A stretch of 64,000 nt of DNA from Acidimicrobiia bacterium (lineage in GTDB: Bacteria; Acidobacteriota; Vicinamibacteria; Vicinamibacterales; CAVVIG01), in assembly GCA_016871175.1 (NCBI GenBank), contig VFZL01000014.1:25032-89031 (forward strand). Direction: 5' to 3'. Below the pieces are notes generated by a model that was not told the DNA's origin, made no database searches, and worked only from the letters and a program-made list of their open reading frames with translations. Each line of letters opens with the position of its first letter. Position 1 is the first letter of the stretch. Shown in pieces: positions 28,762 through 37,621 of this stretch. The translations under genes and the position numbers were made by a program.

Positions 28762-30672
28762 TCAATAGGCCATCGCGTAGCAGTCCCGGCGCGGATCGCC
28801 GGCCGCGATGCGATTGCCGTTTGCCGGATCGATCAGGACGGCGGTCGCGCAGCCGGACATGCCGAACTCTCTCAGCCGCCTGACGTCGTGTCCACGCGCT
28901 TGCAGCTCCTTGTACACCGCATCCGACACCGCGGCTTCGACGTTCAGCTTGTTGAGCCCCGTCGTGTGCGGCCAGAACGATCCGTAGAAGTGCTCGGTCT
29001 GGATCCTTGGACGTTCGAGGGCGCCGTGCAAGTTGGGATACCACGCGTCCCAGAACTCGACCGTGCTGAGGAACGCCTGGAGAATCGTCTGGTCCTGATT
29101 GTCGCCGCCAGGGCTGCCGAGCGCCATGAACGGGGCGCCGTTCTTGAAGACGAGGCTCGGGGTCAACGTGTATCGGGGCCGCGCGCGCGGACGGATCTGA
29201 TTGGCTCGCGTCGTGTCGAGGAAGAACTGCTCCCCTCGTACGCTCATGCCGATCCCGGTGTCGCCCAGGATGACCGCCCCGGTGATCCAGCCGCCGCTCG
29301 GCGTGGCATCGAACACGTTGCCATCCTTGTCGACCACCGCGATGTGCGTCGTGTCCTTGCTGACGCCGGTCGAATCGAGCCCGAGTGACGCCTGGACGTC
29401 GGCGACCGGCGGTTGGATGCGGGCACCGTTGGGGGTCAGTTCGGTGACATTCGCCCGCCAGTACGACCACGTCTTCACCTGGTCGTCGTATGTCATCGGA
29501 TCGCCGGCGACGAACGCTCGACTGGCGCGAGAACGGTCGACGAGCCTGGCGCGCTCGCGGGCGTAGGCCTTGGAGAGCAGCCCTTGCTCGGGTGCCTTCA
29601 CGAACGCGGGGTCCGCGTAGTACGTGTCGCGGTCGGCGTAGGCGAGCTTCATGGCCTCGGCGATCGTATGCAGGTAATCGGCGCTCGCATGGCCCATGGC
29701 CTTCAGGTCGAACTGCTCCAGGATATTGAGCGTCTGGAGGAGGAACGGTCCCTGACTGCCGAAGCCGTGCTTGTAGACGGTGTATCCGCGGTAGGTCGTC
29801 TGCGCGGGCGCCTCGATGCGGGCGAAGAACTCGCTGAAGTCAGACAGGTCGAAGGGCGCCTGGTGGCGTTGGAGGAAGTCCACCATCTCGCGTGCGATGT
29901 CGCCCTTGTAGAAGCGGTCGCGCGCCGCCACGATGCCGGCCCTGCGTCCCTTGGCTTTGGCCGAGCGTTCCGCCTCCACCATCCGTTTGAGCGTCCGCGC
30001 GAGGGCGGGCAGACGAATGGTGTCGCCCGCCTTGTAGTGGGATCCGTCCGGCTTGTACCAGGTCTTCTGATTACTGGGCCACTTGTCGATGAGCGGTTTC
30101 TGGTTCTCGATCGCGCGTGCCGTGCTGACGCGCAGCGGGAACCCGCGTTCGGCGTAATCGATCGCAGGCGCCGCGACCTGCTCGAAGCTCATCGTGCCCC
30201 ACGTGTCGAGGACGGTCAGAGCCGCGTGAAGGGCCCCCGGTACCACCGCCGGGTCGAGCCCCTCGCCGAGCAGTGTCTTGCCGCGGGACAGATACCAGTC
30301 GACGTTCACCGCCTTCGGCGCCCACCCTTGGCCGACGACCGAGGTGACCTTGCCCTCCGCACGTGGATAGACGAGCACGAGCGCCTCGCCGCCAAGACCG
30401 TAGAGATCCTGTTCGACAACCCCACCCACGAGCAGCGCGGCGACGCCCGCATCGAAGGCGTTCCCACCCTTGAGCAGTATCGCCAAGGCAGTGGCCGACG
30501 TGAGGGGATGCCCCGCCGACACGCCGCCCGAGGGCCCGGCCACCGCCGGTCGCAAGGGCAGGCCCGCGGCCTGCTGGTCCTGAACCGGCACCTGGGCCCG
30601 CGTCGGAAACGTGACGGCGATAGCGACCGAAAGGACCGTGGCGACGCTCACGTGCACGCGTGTGAAGGTCAT
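28762..30672 (-). CDS. ggt: gamma-glutamyltransferase family protein
   Basis: Start MTFTRVHVSVATVLSVAIAVTFPTRAQ (ATG 30672). GGT-type nucleophile region KDTTHIAVVDKDGNVFDATPSGGW. Confidence 0.85.
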   Translation of the reverse strand: MTFTRVHVSVATVLSVAIAVTFPTRAQVPVQDQQAAGLPLRPAVAGPSGGVSAGHPLTSATALAILLKGGNAFDAGVAALLVGGVVEQDLYGLGGEALVLVYPRAEGKVTSVVGQGWAPKAVNVDWYLSRGKTLLGEGLDPAVVPGALHAALTVLDTWGTMSFEQVAAPAIDYAERGFPLRVSTARAIENQKPLIDKWPSNQKTWYKPDGSHYKAGDTIRLPALARTLKRMVEAERSAKAKGRRAGIVAARDRFYKGDIAREMVDFLQRHQAPFDLSDFSEFFARIEAPAQTTYRGYTVYKHGFGSQGPFLLQTLNILEQFDLKAMGHASADYLHTIAEAMKLAYADRDTYYADPAFVKAPEQGLLSKAYARERARLVDRSRASRAFVAGDPMTYDDQVKTWSYWRANVTELTPNGARIQPPVADVQASLGLDSTGVSKDTTHIAVVDKDGNVFDATPSGGWITGAVILGDTGIGMSVRGEQFFLDTTRANQIRPRARPRYTLTPSLVFKNGAPFMALGSPGGDNQDQTILQAFLSTVEFWDAWYPNLHGALERPRIQTEHFYGSFWPHTTGLNKLNVEAAVSDAVYKELQARGHDVRRLREFGMSGCATAVLIDPANGNRIAAGDPRRDCYAMAY

Positions 30673-31047
30673 GTCGATCTCCCGGCGGGCATGATACTGG
30701 CGACGGCCGGCGAGCGCCATTCTTGAAGAGGCCACCCACTCGAAGCCCATCCGGATCGATGCCATTCGGAGAACGGACGACATCGAGCGTGAATCGCGTC
30801 GATCGGGATGGAACGCCGATCGCGCCCGGGGCGTCCCGCGTTGTCATCGCTCGTCCCGAATCGAGGTGCCTGCAGGTCCCAAGTGCCGACAACGCGCTCA
30901 GAACCGAAATCCGGCCAAGACGGCCACGTCCTGACTCTTTGCTGACTCGAGGAACGGACCGAACACGGAGATGAGCCCCCGCAACGTGGGCTCGTGACCT
31001 CCGGCCTTGACGAATCCAGCCAAAAGATCGTCGCGATCTTTGAAGAT

Positions 31048-31680
31048 CTACGTGAGCCCTTGCGTGAACCGCACTTCGACGAGCAGTCGTCGAAACGTCC
31101 AACCGGCCACGGCCGCCACTGACATCTGCGTCGGGCGCAGCAAGTCTGGCGCCCCGTACGCCAGAAATTGGACCGCGCAGATATTGGTGGCTGGATTCCC
31201 GACCCGCAGACTCGGGTCCGAACTCTTCGCGTCCTCGCCGACCTTGAAGCCGAGGACAGGCCCCGCGGCAGCGTAGAAGCGACTGAAACCTCCTGTGGGG
31301 ATGGTCGCACGCGCCAACGCCACGGCGTCGACGTAGTCCCTTCTGAAAGAGAGCGTGACGTTCTCGTACGGCTGCAGGTCCACTGCATGCTGCCGCCGCG
31401 AGTACAGGAGCTCGCCTTGCACGCCGAACCATCCGGCGATCGGCGCAGCCACGAACACGCCGGCGGTGCCGTTGATGCCAGCTTGCGAATCGACCCTCGC
31501 ATGCGGGAACAACGGGTGACAACAAAGCACCCAATCGTAGTAATCAGCGACCTCGCTCACGGAGGACGACGTGATGCCGGCCTTAGCGCCCCATTGGACC
31601 GACTGCGCGTCGCTCCGCCCCGCGGTCCACACCACGATCGCCACAGCGGCGATTGAAGTCCGAATCACGTCCGTGTTCAT
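31048..31680 (-). CDS. outer-membrane beta-barrel domain protein (porin/OmpW-like), putative
   Basis: Start MNTDVIRTSIAAVAIVVWTAGRSDAQS (ATG 31680). It shows an alternating beta-strand pattern (GVFVAAPIAGWFGVQGELLYSRR...). The upstream part of the track ORF is not protein-like. Confidence 0.55.
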   Translation of the reverse strand: MNTDVIRTSIAAVAIVVWTAGRSDAQSVQWGAKAGITSSSVSEVADYYDWVLCCHPLFPHARVDSQAGINGTAGVFVAAPIAGWFGVQGELLYSRRQHAVDLQPYENVTLSFRRDYVDAVALARATIPTGGFSRFYAAAGPVLGFKVGEDAKSSDPSLRVGNPATNICAVQFLAYGAPDLLRPTQMSVAAVAGWTFRRLLVEVRFTQGLT

Positions 31681-31861
31681 GCTCGCTAACCCTAGATCGC
31701 TTGCGGTCTGCGGTCTGGCCTGCTGCTCGCTGGCCTGTTCGCACCCTACTTCATATCGGCGCTGAATGAACAGTGGACGATTCGCACGAAACGTGGACGA
31801 CTCCCAGCGCACCAGCGAGTGGACCGGCGATCCGCCAAGCGGAGCGGTTCGGGGAGGGCCC

Positions 31862-33103
31862 ATGATGGAGAGACTGATCGCCGTCGCGATGCTCGTCGCG
31901 ACCGCCGCAGCGCTCGCCGCGCAGATGGCACCGAGCGTCACGCGCTTCTGGATCCTGGACGTCGGGGCTATCACCGGCGCCACCGAGCCGTCGCGCGTCA
32001 ATAACAGCGGCGCGATGATCTGGAATTCCGGCGGACACGCCTTCGTGTTCCAGAACTGCCAGTCGCGCGACATCGGACACCTCGGCGGCGGTCGAACCGT
32101 GGCCTGGGCCATTGGGCCCGACGGCAGCGTGGTTGACCGGTCGCTGAATGCCAGCGGAAGGTGGCGGGCTTTCCGCTATGCCGGCGGCGTGATGAAAGAT
32201 CTCGGCGGCGGCGCCTCCAGCACCCTCATCCAGGAGGAGGCGACCGCGACCAATTTCTGGGGCGACGTCGCGGGCGTCGAGTCGGTGGGCGCGACCAACC
32301 TCAGCCCGACCGCGGTGCGCTATCAGGATGGCGGTGCCTATGGAATGGCCTTCGCGTCGCTGCCGCCCGCCGGATTTGTTCGCGTCCAGCACGTGGTCGA
32401 TATGAACGACAGCCGCATGGTACTCGGCGCGGTCACCATCAGCGGCGCGATTACGACGTTCATCTCCAACAACCTTGGCTACCAGTGGACCACCGTCAAC
32501 GGTGTGCCTGGTCGGGAGTTCTCCACGTTTCCCAGCGCGATGAACCGTGTCGGGCACGTTACCGGGACTGCTGGCCAGGGCGTCGTCCGTGCCTTTCTGT
32601 CGCGTGATCCGACGCTTCCGGCGGCGGACCTCGGCACCCTCGGCGGTCCGATCTCAATCGGAAACGGGATCAACAATTACGACTGGGTGGTCGGTTTGTC
32701 GCCACGGGCCTTCGTTCACGACGGGAGCACGATGCACGACCTGAACGACCGCGTTTGGAACGGCACGGGTTGGGAACTGCGCGAGGCGTTTGACATCAAC
32801 GACTTCGGCGTGATCGTCGGCCAAGGCGTGCTGAACGGCGCGAAGCACGCCTTTATGCTGCTGCCAATGTCGCGCTTTCCGCGGACTCCGCCGTGCCTGG
32901 TGACGCACTCAACTCTAACCATATCTAGGAGTTACAGTTCAGACGACAGCCGATCGTCACATCGCAGGGCGCTGACCTGGTCTTACGTGCATGATGGCCC
33001 CACGGCGTCGCCGGACCCCTCTGATGACGTCGGCCGAACCGGCTCGCAGCATGACGCGTCGCCGTGTGCACCTCGACGTGGGCGCCGTGACTTACATCGA
33101 TGA
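31862..33103 (+). CDS. HAF-family extracellular repeat protein; C-terminal tail doubtful
   Basis: Signal peptide MMERLIAVAMLVATAAALAAQ. HAF-like repeats end in AFDINDFGVIVGQGVLNGAKHAFMLLP. The last roughly 75 codons (32870-33103) are not protein-like and cross a locally AT-richer patch. Confidence 0.6.
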   Translation: MMERLIAVAMLVATAAALAAQMAPSVTRFWILDVGAITGATEPSRVNNSGAMIWNSGGHAFVFQNCQSRDIGHLGGGRTVAWAIGPDGSVVDRSLNASGRWRAFRYAGGVMKDLGGGASSTLIQEEATATNFWGDVAGVESVGATNLSPTAVRYQDGGAYGMAFASLPPAGFVRVQHVVDMNDSRMVLGAVTISGAITTFISNNLGYQWTTVNGVPGREFSTFPSAMNRVGHVTGTAGQGVVRAFLSRDPTLPAADLGTLGGPISIGNGINNYDWVVGLSPRAFVHDGSTMHDLNDRVWNGTGWELREAFDINDFGVIVGQGVLNGAKHAFMLLPMSRFPRTPPCLVTHSTLTISRSYSSDDSRSSHRRALTWSYVHDGPTASPDPSDDVGRTGSQHDASPCAPRRGRRDLHR

Positions 33104-33309
33104 GAGGCAGGGCCGACCCGCGGTGCAGCGCCACGTCGTCGCCGTTCTCGAGAACGTCACTCCCTGCGAAGCGCAACCCTGTCCGCTATTCTTTCCTCCG
33201 GGTGATCCACGCTCGCTCGCCGTCCTGGAACTGCCGGCTGGAGCGGGCGTCACGACTGGCATCACCGTGGGATCTGCGGTGATGACCAGGTCGAGCGCAT
33301 CGATCCTCT

Positions 33310-33339
33310 AAAAACGCCGACGGGCGCTGCGCGCCCGTC
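33310..33339 (-). terminator. GC-rich hairpin plus T-tract downstream of the corrected NLR stop (intrinsic terminator and/or DGR-type target hairpin)
   Basis: The minus strand reads GACGGGCGC-gca-GCGCCCGTC-ggcg-TTTTT (9-bp perfect stem 33319-33339, T-run 33310-33314). Confidence 0.6.
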
Positions 33340-33391
33340 AGAGCACAGTGGATCAGCAGTCCAGTGATCAGCGCTATCAGTGAACAGCCGT

Positions 33392-33510
33392 TCAACGGAT
33401 GGGGGAGACACACACCACACGAAACCCGATGAGGCTGCCCCGGTCGACGGGGTCGTAGTTGCCGCGGGACGTCGCGCGCGCTGTCCCGAATGTAGCTCCA
33501 AGACCCGCCG
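33392..33510 (-). other. putative DGR variable-region-like 3' end of the FGE-sulfatase domain
   Basis: In the corrected frame this reads GGSWSYIRDSAR..TSRGNYDPVDRGSLIGFRVVCVSPIR*. 18 of 23 codons after GGSW are NNC (ggc aac tac gac / gtc gac / ggc agc ctc atc). That is the pattern expected from AAC-templated adenine mutagenesis. No matching full template repeat is present in the window. Confidence 0.4.
33398..33431 (-). repeat. copy A of a roughly 35-nt direct repeat (3' end of the NLR coding sequence)
   Basis: The exact 24-mer GGGAGACACACACCACACGAAACC (plus strand, 33403-33426) recurs at 37627-37650. Flanks extend the match to about 35 nt with one mismatch and one 1-nt indel. Confidence 0.9.
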
Positions 33511-36500
33511 CGCAACACCCGGCGCACCCCTTCCAGGTCTGCATTCTCGCGACCATCCTTCGCGTCGTATCGGTACCGCTGGTACGCCGAGCTGGTCCAC
33601 TCCCATACGTTGCCTGCCATGTCGGCAATGCCGTCGGGCGTCTCGCCGTCCGGGAAGATGCCGACTGGGGTCGTACCGCGCACGTGGCTTTCGAACGTGT
33701 TGCAGTGAGTGGCCTCGAACATGTTGCCCCAGGGGTACACGCGGGATCTTCTGAAGGGGTTGAGGCTCACCTGGCTCCCACGCGCGGCGCTCTCCCACTC
33801 CGCTTCCGTCGGGAGCCGCCACGCCTGGCCGGTTTGCGCCGACAACCACGCGCAATAGGCCCGCGCCTCGTGCCAGCACACACCGACCACAGGTTGCGAC
33901 GGGTGGTTGAACGCCGGGTCGTTCCACTGAGCGGGCTGCGTGCGGCGTCCCGCTGGGTACCACTTTTCGAGAAGCTCCTCGAAGGCCGCATCGTTCATCC
34001 GTGCGATGACCTGAAAGCCTTCAGCCTGAGCACTTGTGATGCGACCTTGCCGCTGAAACTCAGGGATGCGATCGAAATGCTCCTGATACAGCTTTCGGTT
34101 TTCGCGCTGTTGCGACTTCGGTCCGTCAGCGGTGCTCTCGCCGCGACGCCAACGCCGCGCGGCTTCTGTCTGCCACCATCGGTCGTCTTCATACCCGCCG
34201 GCCTGCATGAAGAGGCTCCACTCAGCATTGGTCACCGGGAAGCGCGCGATCGCGAAGGCGCCGAGAGACACGTCGTGCGCAGGTCGCTCATCCTCCGGGC
34301 CATCGTCGCGGCCAATGCGATACACGCCAGGAGACACCGCCACGAGCGGTGGCTGCAGATAGTCACCGTGAGGACCGTGTTGGCGCGCGAAGCGAGGATC
34401 GCCGAGTTCGGCCAGAGCCCGGGCCGCAGCGATGCGCGCGAGCAGATCGGCCTCTGGGTCGCGGCTCCGGACCAGCAGATCGCGCGTGAGGGTGCTGCGG
34501 CACACCTCCGAGATCCGCACGTCGGGCTGCGCGGCGCATCGCCCGGCGAGCGGGAGATTGACGGTCATCACCGCGTGGACGAACGAATCGGCGGTGGCCG
34601 ACGCGTGGCCCGAGGCACCATCAGCTGCCGCCATGGGCGAAGCGAGCATGAAGGTGTCCTCCCAGCCAGTTTGAGGCGCCGGCGGGAGTGGGTCGTTGTC
34701 GCTCTCGAACCGCGGCGGCGGCAGCTGCTGCACTCGCCACGGCGTCGCGACGAGCTGCGCGCGATCGGCGAGCGACGACGGCGCCGTAGCGGCGATCGCC
34801 CGTGCGGCGAAATACTCCTGTAGCAGCTGATGGACGAACAGCACCTCGTCGCGCGCACGGTCGTCGTCGAGCACCTGCAACGCGACGCCGGCCTCGAGCA
34901 GCCTGTCGGGCGCGGAGCTGCCGAGGAGGACCCGCGCGAGGTCAAGCGGCACGCGCACTTGCGCGCCCTCGCCGGCCGTCCGCTGCTCCTGCATCCCGAC
35001 GGCGAGCGACGACAACGCGGGCACGAGCGGCCCACGCGCGGGCACATCATACGCGTCGCGCCACGTGGCGTTCACCAGGCGCGCGTGCTCGCGCGCATCG
35101 AAGAGCACGCCCGGCTCGAAGAGCGGATGCTGGGCACGCACCTCACGGTCGAGCGCCTGCCGGAGGAATCTCGTAAAGAGCGCCGCGCGGCCTGGCGGCA
35201 GTGCCCCGTCGGGCTCCGCCTCCGCGACCAGCATCTTGAGATAGAACGGCGGTCGAAAGAGATCGAGTTGCGGCGTGCCCTTCACGTTCCGCCACATCGC
35301 GTCGCCGTGGTCGGGGCTGCACACCAAGAGAAACGACTCGACTTGTTCATCGGACAACCGTTCGATGCGCACGTGCGGCACGGAGAGCTCTGCCGTGGAG
35401 AGCGGCTCGCTATAGTCCAGACTTCGGCACGAGATCACGACGCGCGTGCCCGGCGCGCGTCGTACGACATCGGCAACCAGCCCTCGCCAGAGGCTGACGC
35501 GCTCGCGGTAGTCCTCGCCGCTCGAGTGGGGCATCTCATTGAGAGCGTCGAGCAACAGCACCAATCGCCCGGAGCGTAGCACCACATCAAACGCTGGCAG
35601 GTGCGGGAACTCACGGGACTACTGCGCGGCGAGCCACGCGTCCGGTGTGGGCACGCCTTCACTGGGTGACGCCGCACGATGGCTGCCAAGCCGGACGAAC
35701 ATGGTCCAGCCTCAGGTTCCCGCCGATTCACCTAACGCCGCTGCGGCCAGGTCCAACTCAAGGCGCCGCAGGAGCGTGCTTTTACCGCTCCCAGGAGGGC
35801 CGAGCACGACGATGGCCGGCGCCGTCTCGGCGACGGCGGTGAGCACGTCGCGGAGGTCGTCGAACGACTCGGGTCGGACCTGCCAGCGCGCGCCGTCCGC
35901 GTCGCGGCCCTGGTCGACCAGGAGCGTCAGGCGGGTGAAGCGCTTATCGAGCGCGAACTGCGGCTGTGACCACGCGGCGATGCGATGCAGGCAGAATTCC
36001 TCGTGCGTCCGTGGCGCATGCCGGAGGATGCGGGCCAGGATCTCGTCGGGTGTGCCGGCCGCGACCTCTGCCGCCTCGGGTGGGGACGCGACCCGCTCCC
36101 GCAGCACAGCGAGCGCCTCTAACGTGGCGGCGTCCACGGGCGGCCGAGGACGGTCGTTCAGACTCCAACCGTCGCGCAGCACCAGTCGACAGAGGCCCTC
36201 GAGCGAGTCAAAGGCTGCCCAGTGCTTCCCCGAGGCCTTGATCTCCGCGACGAACGCACGTTGCTGTGACGCCTCGACCTCGGCTTGCGCCGATGGGTGG
36301 GTGCGCAGGAATTGATCGGAGGCGAGGTAGACGTACATCGGTTTCGGCTCAGCACGCTGCCCGTCGAGCCGTTCCCCACGTGCGAAGCCGTACTCCCACT
36401 GCGTGTAGGACCGTGGAGGCGCCCCCTCGGGCACCGCGTCGCCACTCGCTTCGAACCCGTAGGCGTCGCCGACGAGGGCAATCACACGGTCGCAGCCCGC

Positions 36501-36649
36501 CACGTACTCCTCGAGCCGTTCGAGGAGCGTCCGTGGCCCGGTCTGAAAATCCTCCTGGACCTTGACCTCGCAGCCGATGGCGGCGAGGTCGCTGCGTAAG
36601 GCGTCGCGGCACGCCTTGAACTGGGCGGTGACGGCGGACAGGAACACTC

Positions 36650-37120
36650 TCATCGACGCGCCCGAAAGCGTATGCCAAACCAGGCTACCTCGAACAGGTG
36701 CGCGCCTAAGCCCCACGTGTCGCCGTACCGGACATGAGCGAGCCACCCCTGGACCGAGGCGTCGAGCGCCGCGAAGCTGACGTGGCCCGCGTGATACGCG
36801 CCCACGCGGCTCCGTAGGCGTCGAGTGGCCGCACGAACCTTGCGGGCTTTGACACGCCGGTGCGTGGGGAACACCACGAACCCAAGCCATGGAATGCCGT
36901 TGGCGACCGGCTGCACCTGGGCGGCCGACTCGTGCAGCGTGAGTCGCAGACGAGCGAGTCGTTCGATGATGGCGCGCTTCCAGCCCCACAGCGTGCGCGC
37001 GTCGTCGCCGAAGAGGCAGAAGTCATCCACGTATCTGACGTAGGCGCGGCAACCCAGCTGCCGTGTCACGAACTGGTCGAACGAGTGCGTGGTGAAGGAG
37101 GTGAAGTGGTGGCCGATGAG
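36650..37120 (-). pseudogene. reverse transcriptase C-terminal fragment (DGR-type), N-terminal motifs missing
   Basis: ...[27 protein letters not shown] (YxDD at 37019-37042), then [34 protein letters not shown]...[17 protein letters not shown]. About 157 aa are recognisable. Upstream residues of the 330-aa track ORF are antisense to the avd-like gene. The stop overlaps the NLR ATG (ATGA 36650-36653). Confidence 0.75.
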
Positions 37121-37450
37121 ATGGTGATCTTCACGCGCTGTTTCGATCTGCTGACGTGGCTCTTGCCCAAGGTGGACACGTTTCCGCGCGCACACCGTTT
37201 TACCGTGACGAAGCGCCTCATGGACGCTGCGCTCGACCTGCAAGAGACACTGATCGAGGCGCAAAGCCAACGCGGCCAGCCCCGGCTCGAGGCGCTGCGG
37301 GTCGCCGACGCGGCACTCGCCAGGCTGCGTCTGTACTTGAGATTGGCGCATCGATGGCAGTGGATGAGCGTCGGGCAGTATGCCCACGTCAGCGCAGTGG
37401 TGGCTGAGATTGGACGTCTGCTGGGCGGGTGGCTGAAGCAGGCCACATGA
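37121..37450 (+). CDS. avd: four-helix-bundle protein, Avd-like (DGR accessory variability determinant family)
   Basis: [48 protein letters not shown]...[37 protein letters not shown] matches the FPK..RF.L..R pattern of the four-helix-bundle/Avd family. An alternative start is GTG 37109, 7 nt after AAGGAGGTG (37093-37101). Confidence 0.8.
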   Translation: MVIFTRCFDLLTWLLPKVDTFPRAHRFTVTKRLMDAALDLQETLIEAQSQRGQPRLEALRVADAALARLRLYLRLAHRWQWMSVGQYAHVSAVVAEIGRLLGGWLKQAT

Positions 37451-37455
37451 AAGGC

Positions 37456-37491
37456 GGAACGCCTTGAGGCGCGGCGCCCGAAAGGCGTTCC
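37456..37491 (+). terminator. hairpin immediately after the avd-like stop (possible intrinsic terminator)
   Basis: GGAACGCCTT (37456-37465) pairs perfectly with AAGGCGTTCC (37482-37491). The loop is GC-rich and 16 nt long, followed by tgttgtgta. Confidence 0.5.
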
Positions 37492-37621
37492 TGTTGTGTA
37501 TGCGCCCGACGCGCGCGCTGCTGAACGCGCGGCGTGCGGACGGGACGTGCCTGCGCCATCCTGGCTCGTCACCTCGGCCCCCAACCGTGGTCGGGACGCA
37601 ATGCCGGTCTACGCGACGATC

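Larger units (their letters stand above)
33392..36653 (-). pseudogene. DUF4062-like / NACHT NTPase / FGE-sulfatase (C-type-lectin fold) NLR-like gene with 2 in-frame stops and 1 frameshift
   Basis: A single frame runs from ATG 36653: [23 protein letters not shown]..., Walker A VLGPPGSGKSTLLRRL, in-frame TGA 35712-35714 (AGT*GWTMFVRLG), in-frame TAG 35619-35621 (LAAQ*SREF), Walker B RLVLLLDALNEM, then an FGE-sulfatase domain (RLPTEAEWESAARG, GNVWEWTSS, RVLRGGSW). A frame change within 33464-33482 leads to the stop at 33392-33394. Confidence 0.8.

Noticed and set aside
33186-33391. The C-terminal 70 or so residues of ORF 33186..35585 as real protein
   Set aside because: They arise after a frame change. 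They read through a strong hairpin plus T-tract terminator and are not protein-like. The alternative frame gives the canonical FGE-sulfatase ending and stops at 33392.
3948-35714. Stop-codon reassignment, pyrrolysine, selenocysteine or programmed readthrough as the explanation for the in-frame TAG/TGA codons (3948, 16582, 35619, 35712)
   Set aside because: TAG is the genuine terminator of intact neighbouring genes (GerMN 7409, DUF1592 45100, SDR 49335), and TGA terminates most others. No pyl or sel genes or SECIS-like hairpins were seen. The affected genes also carry deletions or frameshifts, so pseudogenisation or sequence error is simpler.
36650-37450. Retron, group II intron or Abi-type interpretation of the RT fragment
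   Set aside because: Three observations point to a DGR instead: the adjacent four-helix-bundle Avd-like gene, the DGR-like C-terminal block (…[14 protein letters not shown]), and a lectin-fold target with a variable-region-like tail. I saw no intron RNA domains, maturase/X domain or msr/msd-like inverted repeats. Only a phylogeny can settle this.
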